From Rubripirellula sp. (GTDB lineage: Bacteria > Planctomycetota > Planctomycetia > Pirellulales > Pirellulaceae), in NCBI GenBank assembly GCA_965216875.1, contig OZ244207.1:4672001-4736000 (forward strand): a DNA stretch of 64,000 bases, in the 5' to 3' direction. Both the position numbers and the translations under genes were made by a program. The notes beneath the pieces are model-generated. The model made no database searches. It had not been told where the DNA came from and saw nothing but the letters and a program-made list of their open reading frames with translations. Positions within the stretch are counted from its first letter, which is position 1. Each line of letters opens with the position of its first letter. Positions 56,879-64,000 of the stretch are shown piece after piece.

Positions 56879-57864
56879 TGCAACGCCCCAATGCACATCA
56901 CCGCGGATTCACACTTCTGGAATTGCTTTTGACCCTTGCGCTTTCGGTGGTCTTGATCGGATTGGTCGGCGGAACACTTAAGTTCTACGCGGTCGACATG
57001 AACATTCGCGACCTCGAAGTCCGCCAAACCCATTTGGCAGCGGTCGTCATGCAAATGATCGAAGACGACCTTCGAGCAACGCTGCACAGCGAACCGGTCG
57101 ACACTGACGGGCTTGAAGCATTGTTCGCAGCAACCGCTGCCAATCTTGGAACTTCTCCAGCCGACGGAGCAGGTGCGACCGACCCGGACCAAGACCTTTC
57201 AGCGGCCGGGATCGATTCTGACATTGAAGACGAAACCCTTGCGGCCGATTCATCCGCCGACCTGCAGACCAGCGCTGCAATCTTGGAAACTCCCGGACTC
57301 ATCGGCAACCAATTCCAAATCCAAATCGATATCAGTCGATTGCCTCGCCTGGAAGAGTACCTCCCTGTCTTCGATACCAACACGGCCAATATCGACGACG
57401 TTCCCAGCGACATCAAAACGGTTTCTTACTTTGTTCAACCCGCCGGCGCTGTGACCGGAATCAACGATGCCTTGTTGGAAGTTGAGGATGCGTCTGGAAC
57501 GGAACCAACCGGCGGCCTGGTGCGACGTTCGCTCGACCGCGCGGCAACCATTTACGCCACCGAACAAAGTGGAGCTGCATTGCTCAATCAAACCGGCGAG
57601 CTGCTTGCCCCTGAGATCACGGGCATTGAGTTTGCCTACTGGGACGGGATGACGTGGCAGATGCAGTGGAGCAGCGATACTTATGGCGAGCTTCCGCTTG
57701 CCGTTCGCGTCCAACTTTACATGGCCGATCCGGCAGATGCCCTTTCCGGGAACGTCACGTCAACCGAGCAGCGAACATTCATGCACGTGATTCGCTTGCC
57801 GATGGCTCGCGTGCTTGAAGAAGAAGAGTCCGAAGAAGAAGAGTCGGAGGTCACAGGCATATGA
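56878..57864 (+). CDS. Minor pseudopilin (GspJ-like)
   Basis: RGFTLLELLL; F.YWDG..W...W......LP.AV.V. Confidence 0.8.
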   Translation: MQRPNAHHRGFTLLELLLTLALSVVLIGLVGGTLKFYAVDMNIRDLEVRQTHLAAVVMQMIEDDLRATLHSEPVDTDGLEALFAATAANLGTSPADGAGATDPDQDLSAAGIDSDIEDETLAADSSADLQTSAAILETPGLIGNQFQIQIDISRLPRLEEYLPVFDTNTANIDDVPSDIKTVSYFVQPAGAVTGINDALLEVEDASGTEPTGGLVRRSLDRAATIYATEQSGAALLNQTGELLAPEITGIEFAYWDGMTWQMQWSSDTYGELPLAVRVQLYMADPADALSGNVTSTEQRTFMHVIRLPMARVLEEEESEEEESEVTGI

Positions 57865-59540
57865 TCCCTCGTCTACGCCGCGGATTCTTTTTGATCATCG
57901 TGATGGTCGTCATTGCAGTGGCCACCTTCGCCGCCTACTCGTTCACCGAGTTGATGTTGGCTTACTACGATTCGTCCGACTTGTCGGCAGACATCGTGCA
58001 AGCGCGAATGAACGTCGAATCGGGATCCGAGATGTGCCGTCTGGTGCTCACCAATCCGCCCGAGTCTCGCGTCGACATGGGAGGTGTCTACAACAATCCA
58101 CAATTGTTCCAGGGCATTGTGGCTTCGATGGGAATCGATGGGGTCACGCCGTCGAACTTCACGGTCATTGCGCCTGGACTGGACGAACTTGGTCGCTACG
58201 GCGGAATCCGATTCGGCCTCCAGAACGAATCGGCTCGGTTGAACGTCAACGCCTTGCCGATCCTCGAAAAGTACTCCGATGCGTTGATGCCAATGGTCGC
58301 TTTGACCAGCGGCGAACTCGACGAAGACTCGGAACTCGACAGCGAGAACATTGCCGTCTCGTTGCTGATGTCTCTGCCGAACATGACCGAGGACATCGCC
58401 GAAGCGATCTTGGACTGGCTTGACGAAGATGAGATCGCGCGCGACTACGGCGCCGAGGTCGACTATTACGGCACGCTGCCAACGCCCTACGAACCGGCCA
58501 ACGGCCCACTAAAAAGTGTCGACGACTTGCTGCTGGTCAAAGGAGTGACGCCAACACTTCTGTTTGGGGCCGACGCGAATCGCAACGGTGTGATCGATGG
58601 TGACGAACAGCAACGGTTTGGCGTCAGCATCGATACGGCAGGGGCGCTCGGTTGGTCGGCTTACTTGACCGTCCATGGATCCGAAGCGAACAAGACGCGG
58701 GCGGGCGAATTCCGGGTCAATGTCAATCAAAGCGACATGGAATTGCTGTACGAGGAATTATCAACCGCCCTCGGCAATGACCTCTACGCCAGCTTCATCG
58801 TCGCCTATCGCATCGCAGGCCAATCCTCGTCGACCGCAGCGACGATCAACGTGGCGACCGGCAACAACCGCAACCCTCAGTCTCAAGCCGAGCCAGGCGG
58901 GCCCTGGACCACGGACTTGCTCGATGAAATGGATTTGACCGGCGGTGGGGGCACGTCGCTCAACCAAGTCTTGGACTTGATCGATTCGACCGTGACCATC
59001 GGATCGGGTGAAAACGCCAAGAGCTACACGTCGCCCTTCCCAGGTGATCCGATTTCGATGGCGATCTATTTGCCAATCATCATGGATCTCCTTTCGACAC
59101 AAGATGTCGACCAGATGCCGGGACGAATTAACATCAATGAATGCCCTGCCGAATTGCTGTATGGCATTCCGCTACTGAGCGAGGAATCGGTCGAAGCGAT
59201 CCTCGAGGCTCGAAGCACAGACTCGGACGACCCCAATCGAAGCTTTGAGACCTGGCCCATGGCGGAGGGCATTTTGACCGTTGACGAAATGCGTGCGTTG
59301 TTGCCGTTGGTCACCTGTGGTGGCGATGTCTATCGAGCGCAGATCGTTGGCTATTTCGAAACCGTTGCCGCCTCACATCGTGCGGAAGTGATCATTGATG
59401 CCACCACCGTGAATCCCAAAGTCGTGTCATGGCGCGACTTCAGTCACTTGGGTCGAGGATTCGACATTGCCGTGCTGGGTCTGCGAGGCGGGGTCGTTGC
59501 CACCGCGGGATCGGAAACGGACACCACCGCCAGCCAATAA
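57861..59540 (+). CDS. gspK: GspK-like minor pseudopilin
   Basis: RRGFFLIIV (no E5), ESARLNVN, AILDWLD.D, NGPL.SVDDLLLVKGVT and GRININ. Confidence 0.85.
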   Translation: MIPRLRRGFFLIIVMVVIAVATFAAYSFTELMLAYYDSSDLSADIVQARMNVESGSEMCRLVLTNPPESRVDMGGVYNNPQLFQGIVASMGIDGVTPSNFTVIAPGLDELGRYGGIRFGLQNESARLNVNALPILEKYSDALMPMVALTSGELDEDSELDSENIAVSLLMSLPNMTEDIAEAILDWLDEDEIARDYGAEVDYYGTLPTPYEPANGPLKSVDDLLLVKGVTPTLLFGADANRNGVIDGDEQQRFGVSIDTAGALGWSAYLTVHGSEANKTRAGEFRVNVNQSDMELLYEELSTALGNDLYASFIVAYRIAGQSSSTAATINVATGNNRNPQSQAEPGGPWTTDLLDEMDLTGGGGTSLNQVLDLIDSTVTIGSGENAKSYTSPFPGDPISMAIYLPIIMDLLSTQDVDQMPGRININECPAELLYGIPLLSEESVEAILEARSTDSDDPNRSFETWPMAEGILTVDEMRALLPLVTCGGDVYRAQIVGYFETVAASHRAEVIIDATTVNPKVVSWRDFSHLGRGFDIAVLGLRGGVVATAGSETDTTASQ

Positions 59541-59602
59541 CAAAGATCTACCTGTACGTTTAAGTAAGGCAGTAGCGTCAAACGACGAAGCCGAGAATTG
59601 AT

Positions 59603-61399
59603 ATGCCAAAGAAACTAGCCATCGACTGGGATGACCAGGAACTGCGATTGGTTGCCGCTTCGTGCAGCGGTGCCAACGTCAAGGTTACCGATGCGGCGGT
59701 GATTCCGATCGAAAACTCAAGCGTGATTGAAACGCTTCGCGAAGCCATCTCGCGACGTGGCCTTGAGTCGACCGAAACACTTGTTGCCATCGGCCGCGGT
59801 CGAGCAGAACTGCGCGAACTGCAATTGCCCCCCGTTCCGGACGACGAGCTTCCGGACATGGTTCGCTTCCAGGCGATCCGCAGTTTTGCCTCCTCGGGCG
59901 ATCAATCAACCGTCGACTTCCTGGTGACTCGCCGCAAGGATGACGGCGTCGAAATGATTGCTGCCGCCGTCGGCCCCGACAGTCTTTCGGAAATCCAAAA
60001 GACATGCGAAGCGACCGACCTTTCGATCAAACGCATCGGACTTCGCCCGTTGGCCGCCGCCGCGTTGTACTTGACCAAGAACGCGTCTTCGGGCGACGGC
60101 GACGTGGTTCTGATTGACCTGCTTGCCGATGATGCCGAAATCGTTGTGGCTCGAGACGGCAAAGTGATCTTTGTCCGCACGGTGCGCATGCCTACCGCGG
60201 CCGCGGCCAGACCCAAGGCGCTCGCCGGCGAACTCAAACGAAGTTTGGTCGCATGTGGTTCAAGCGGATCACTTGGCCGTGTGGTCTTGTGGGGTCTCGA
60301 GTCGGTTCATCGTGACGATATCGAGATGCTCAGCGACGCTTCAGGCACATCGGTCGAAGTACTCGACCCGTTCCAGCTGGTCGATGTCGACCGCAAACTT
60401 CGCAGCGAGCTTCCAGAGCATGTCGGGCGACTCGCGCCGCTCGTTGGTTTGATCGCGAGCGACGAACAACACAGCGATCGGCTGATCGACTTCTTGAACC
60501 CGCGCGAGAAGGTCGAGGAAGTCCCCAATCCGATCAAGAAATACGCGATGATCGGCGTCCCGGTCGCAGCGGCGCTCGCTTTGGCGTTGATGACCTACCA
60601 ACAACTCAAGGGTATGGACGAGCGGATCACATCGATGCGCAATGAAAACGCCCAGATGAAGCCCAAGGTTGACGACGCGCTGAAAAAGATCGCCAAGACA
60701 GACAGTGTCGACGAGTTCCTTGACCTGAACGTCAACTGGCTCAACGAATTGCGTCGAGTCGCCGTGAACATGCCGCCCTCGGACAAAATGATTGTTCGTG
60801 GCATTAATGCCGGTGGCGATGTTCGCAACAGTGGCGGCAAACTGACGATCACCGGCGGTGTCACCGACCCAGACGTGTTGCACGTGCTCGAAAAGGCGCT
60901 GCTTGACGATGACCACAGCGTGCTCAGTGACGGTTCGTCGCTTCAAGAAAACGCCAAAGACGCGTACAAGTGGACCGCAAACGAAACGATCACCATTTCC
61001 GGCGCGGCTGTCCGCAATGCTCGATACGCTGCCTATGAAGCGATGCTTGTTGCCGAGATGGAATCCGATTCGGAAGCCGACATGGCAAGTGATTCCGAAA
61101 CGGCCAGCGACCCGCAAGACGATTCCGAAGCGACCGAACAACAAGACGTCGAGGAAGCCGAAACCAACGCGACTGCTGAGTCCGATGAAGCGGACGAAGC
61201 AGACGCCGCGACGAAACCGGACGTCGAACCAACAGCGGACGTCGAACCAACAGCGGACGTCGAACCAACGGCGGACGACAACAAGGATGGCGAAGGCGAT
61301 CCTGATCCGCCCGACACACCGTCGGATGGGCTCGACGTCAACAACACACCAATCACCGAAGAATTTGCCTCCGAAAGCGACCAGGAGGTGGCATCATGA
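59603..61399 (+). CDS. GspL/PilM-like actin-fold assembly protein with acidic tail
   Basis: LAIDW, LPPVPDDELPDMVRFQA, TM segment, PilN-like region and Asp/Glu-rich C-terminus. Confidence 0.75.
   Translation: MPKKLAIDWDDQELRLVAASCSGANVKVTDAAVIPIENSSVIETLREAISRRGLESTETLVAIGRGRAELRELQLPPVPDDELPDMVRFQAIRSFASSGDQSTVDFLVTRRKDDGVEMIAAAVGPDSLSEIQKTCEATDLSIKRIGLRPLAAAALYLTKNASSGDGDVVLIDLLADDAEIVVARDGKVIFVRTVRMPTAAAARPKALAGELKRSLVACGSSGSLGRVVLWGLESVHRDDIEMLSDASGTSVEVLDPFQLVDVDRKLRSELPEHVGRLAPLVGLIASDEQHSDRLIDFLNPREKVEEVPNPIKKYAMIGVPVAAALALALMTYQQLKGMDERITSMRNENAQMKPKVDDALKKIAKTDSVDEFLDLNVNWLNELRRVAVNMPPSDKMIVRGINAGGDVRNSGGKLTITGGVTDPDVLHVLEKALLDDDHSVLSDGSSLQENAKDAYKWTANETITISGAAVRNARYAAYEAMLVAEMESDSEADMASDSETASDPQDDSEATEQQDVEEAETNATAESDEADEADAATKPDVEPTADVEPTADVEPTADDNKDGEGDPDPPDTPSDGLDVNNTPITEEFASESDQEVAS
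61218..61277 (+). repeat. 18-bp coding tandem repeat x3 (DVEPTA)
   Basis: CGGACGTCGAACCAACAG twice plus CGGACGTCGAACCAACGG. Confidence 0.85.
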
Positions 61400-62577
61400 C
61401 TCAACGAGAACGCTTACTCTCAATCCTTGTCGGTGGTTTGTTACTGGCAACCGTAGTTTGGTGGGGACTCAGCAAGTATCGCGGCGCGGTCAAAACGCGT
61501 CAGACCGCGATTACCAATCTCGAGTCGGATCGAGCCCGGATCGACGAACAAATCATGCAAGGCTTCCTTGCCGAGCGCACGATGGGCGAATACCTCGTTC
61601 GATCGCTACCGAGCGACACCAACCGTGCGCGAGGTGTCTACCAACAATGGCTCTTGGACATCGGCCAAAGCAATCAGTTTGATGATCTCGCCGTTGATCC
61701 CATCACGACCACACCCGTGGGCGACCTTTATCGGCGTCTCGGCTTTCGCATGTCGGGGAAAACAACCAAGCCTGACTTGGTTCGCATGCTGCACGCATTC
61801 TATGCAAAGGACTACTTGCACCGAATCCGTGAACTGTCCGTCCGCCCCAACAAGACCGACTCGTTCACCGTCGAAATGACCATTGACGTCGTCGCACTCA
61901 ACGCTGCTCCTGCGGACGCCCAGGCGCCAGCGGGTCGTTCTTGGCATGTTGATGGAGATGTTGCCAGCTATCTCGATCCGATCATGAATCGCAACTACTT
62001 CGAGCCGCCCAATGGGGCGCCTCGCTACAGCGGCAATGCGCGACAGGAAGCCTTTGTCGGTCGAAACACGCCGATCCCTCTAACCTTTAGTGACCCCGAA
62101 AAGGACCGCGTCAACGTCGAAGTCGTTGGTGAACTGCCTGAGTATGTCACGTTCGATCAAGGCAGCGGCACCCTTCGTGTCAATTCGGAAGAGAAACGTG
62201 AATTCACGGTTCTCGTTCGCGGAACCGACGAAGGCTACCCCAACCGATCGATCGAACAGGAAGTCAAGATCGCCGTCGTCGACCCACCCAAACCGCCACC
62301 ACCACCGGCGCCAAAACTCAAGTTTGATGATGCAACCCAGACCGTGCTAACCGGGCTGACGCACGGTCGCGACGACTGGACGGCATGGATGCACGTTCGC
62401 ACCCGCGGCAAGACCTTGAAATTGCGGGTTGGCGACCAGTTCGAAATCGGCAGTCTGAAAGGGGAAGTGATCGAGGTCACACCAAAGTTTGTCGAACTGG
62501 AAATCGCGGGCAAACGGTTCACTCTTAAGCCAAACGGCAATCTGAAAGAGGCCGCTGATAACTCGCAAGTCAACTAG
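61396..62577 (+). CDS. GspM/PilO-like protein with cadherin-like domain
   Basis: MTQRER + TM (typical GspM start), coiled coil, then N.AP...F.DP..D cadherin/Ig-like segment. Confidence 0.65.
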   Translation: MTQRERLLSILVGGLLLATVVWWGLSKYRGAVKTRQTAITNLESDRARIDEQIMQGFLAERTMGEYLVRSLPSDTNRARGVYQQWLLDIGQSNQFDDLAVDPITTTPVGDLYRRLGFRMSGKTTKPDLVRMLHAFYAKDYLHRIRELSVRPNKTDSFTVEMTIDVVALNAAPADAQAPAGRSWHVDGDVASYLDPIMNRNYFEPPNGAPRYSGNARQEAFVGRNTPIPLTFSDPEKDRVNVEVVGELPEYVTFDQGSGTLRVNSEEKREFTVLVRGTDEGYPNRSIEQEVKIAVVDPPKPPPPPAPKLKFDDATQTVLTGLTHGRDDWTAWMHVRTRGKTLKLRVGDQFEIGSLKGEVIEVTPKFVELEIAGKRFTLKPNGNLKEAADNSQVN

Positions 62578-62664
62578 CGATCTTGGCATCGCCGCTTTGC
62601 AGTACTTGCCTTGTCAACGATACTGCAACAGCGTCCGATCCATCACTCGTCGACTTGCGAAAGT

Positions 62665-63426
62665 ATGACACAGGCCTCTGCAATCACCTGTGACGCCGTT
62701 TCGGTCCGATTCGGCGGCGCATCGAAAACGTCTACGCTGGCTGTCGACGCAGTCGATTTGGCTGTGCCGGCAGGCAAAATCACGGCGTTGATCGGACCCA
62801 GTGGCTGTGGCAAAACCACTCTGCTGCGGCTGATGGCAAATCTGCAATCGGCCACCAGCGGAACGGTTCGGCTTGAACCACCCGCCGACGGTCGCAAAGG
62901 CGAAATCGCGTTTGTGTTTCAGCAACCCGCGCTCCTTCCCTGGGCAAGCGCACTTGCCAATGTGATGCTGCCTCTGAAACTGGCTCGCACACGGAACCGT
63001 GGCCGCGACGCCGCGATGGAACTGCTTGAAACCGTTGGCCTTGCCGATGCCGCCCATCGCTATCCCGACCAACTTTCCGGCGGCATGAAAATGAGAGTGT
63101 CGATCGCTCGGGCGCTGGTCACCGAACCCAAGGTGTTGCTGCTCGACGAACCGTTTGCCGCGCTCGATGACATGCTGAGGAACACGCTGGGTGACCTTCT
63201 GCTCGAACTTTGGCAAACACGCCGATTCACAACCGTCATAGTGACGCACAACATCGCTGAAGCGATTCAATTGTCACATCAAATTGGTGTCATGGGCCAT
63301 GGCCACCTCACGCAAGTGATCGACAATCCGATGCCTTTCCCTCGATCACAATCGCTGCGCCGAACCCCCGAGTTTGGCCAGTTCTATGGTCGCGTCAGCG
63401 ATGCATTGCGAGGCGATCATGAGTGA
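62665..63426 (+). CDS. NitT/TauT-family ABC ATP-binding protein
   Basis: GPSGCGKTT, FQQPALLPW, LSGGMKMR and DEPFAALD. Confidence 0.93.
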   Translation: MTQASAITCDAVSVRFGGASKTSTLAVDAVDLAVPAGKITALIGPSGCGKTTLLRLMANLQSATSGTVRLEPPADGRKGEIAFVFQQPALLPWASALANVMLPLKLARTRNRGRDAAMELLETVGLADAAHRYPDQLSGGMKMRVSIARALVTEPKVLLLDEPFAALDDMLRNTLGDLLLELWQTRRFTTVIVTHNIAEAIQLSHQIGVMGHGHLTQVIDNPMPFPRSQSLRRTPEFGQFYGRVSDALRGDHE

Positions 63427-64000
63427 TACGCCATCTCGCAAATCGGCGACGACTCAATCGCTCGGTGACTGCTCGAAACTGCTGGCCCTTCATCTCGGCG
63501 TTTTTGTCGGCGTTGGTTTGGCGGGACTTGCGGCCTGGCAGTTCGTGGTTGCGATCTTCGATATTCCTCCTGCAGTCTTACCAACTCCGCTGCAAGTCGC
63601 GGGCGCGGGCTGGGATGAACGCGAGGCACTTTGGGAAGGCATGATCACGACGGCAGCCGCTGCGGTAATCGGCCTCGCAGTCGCCATTGTCATTGGTTGC
63701 ACGATTGCGATTGCCTTCAGTCAGTCACGTAGCATCCGAATGGCGTTCTTTCCTTATGTGATCTTTTTGCAAACCGTGCCCATCGTCGCCATTGCACCGC
63801 TGTTGATCATTTGGAGCGGCTATCAGTTTCGCACAGTCGTGATCGTGACCGTGATCATCTGTTTGTTCCCGATTGTCAACAACGTCACGCACGGTTTGAT
63901 GACGGTCAATCGTGAGCTGGCTGATCTCTTTCGACTCTATGGAGCCTCGCGTTCACAGCAACTTCTTCGGCTTCAAATTCCGACCGCCGTACGCTCACTG
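63419..64000 (+). CDS. NitT/TauT-family ABC permease, 3' end outside the window
   Basis: Own translation from ATG 63419: WQFVVAIFDIPPAVLPTP...QTVPIVAIAPLLIIW...FPIV...LFRLYGAS...LQIP; open to the window end. Confidence 0.88.
   Translation, partial: MSDTPSRKSATTQSLGDCSKLLALHLGVFVGVGLAGLAAWQFVVAIFDIPPAVLPTPLQVAGAGWDEREALWEGMITTAAAAVIGLAVAIVIGCTIAIAFSQSRSIRMAFFPYVIFLQTVPIVAIAPLLIIWSGYQFRTVVIVTVIICLFPIVNNVTHGLMTVNRELADLFRLYGASRSQQLLRLQIPTAVRSL

Overview
Chromosomal segment from a Planctomycete, probably Pirellulaceae. This is inferred from the Cys-rich BBP7-type barrel, PQQ propeller, GYF_2 and glycine-zipper genes and the dense REP-like palindromes. The standout is at the left edge, an apparently complete retron operon. 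It runs: partial macro-domain gene (<1-415), ARM/HEAT protein (468-2957), winged-helix/SWIM protein (2954-4627), a ~260-nt structured msr-msd ncRNA (4637-4897) and an Mx162-like reverse transcriptase (~4926-6308). A convergent ADP-ribosylglycohydrolase (6334-7428) follows directly. The core resembles type XIII retrons; being bracketed by two different ADP-ribose eraser/reader genes is the unusual part. Elsewhere there is an IS1380-family element inserted exactly into the CTAG of a REP palindrome, a ~166-bp composite repeat array bracketing an orphan secreted-protein gene, and a candidate sRNA with a C-rich loop. There is also a ketosynthase-like gene lacking its catalytic Cys next to a YghO/ceramide-synthase-like GNAT gene, and a gspG-M-type pseudopilin operon. 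The remainder is housekeeping (nadC, uvrB, nrdR, ppiC, DEAD helicase, ABC transporters, two-component genes). All calls come from reading motifs by eye; no searches were run.
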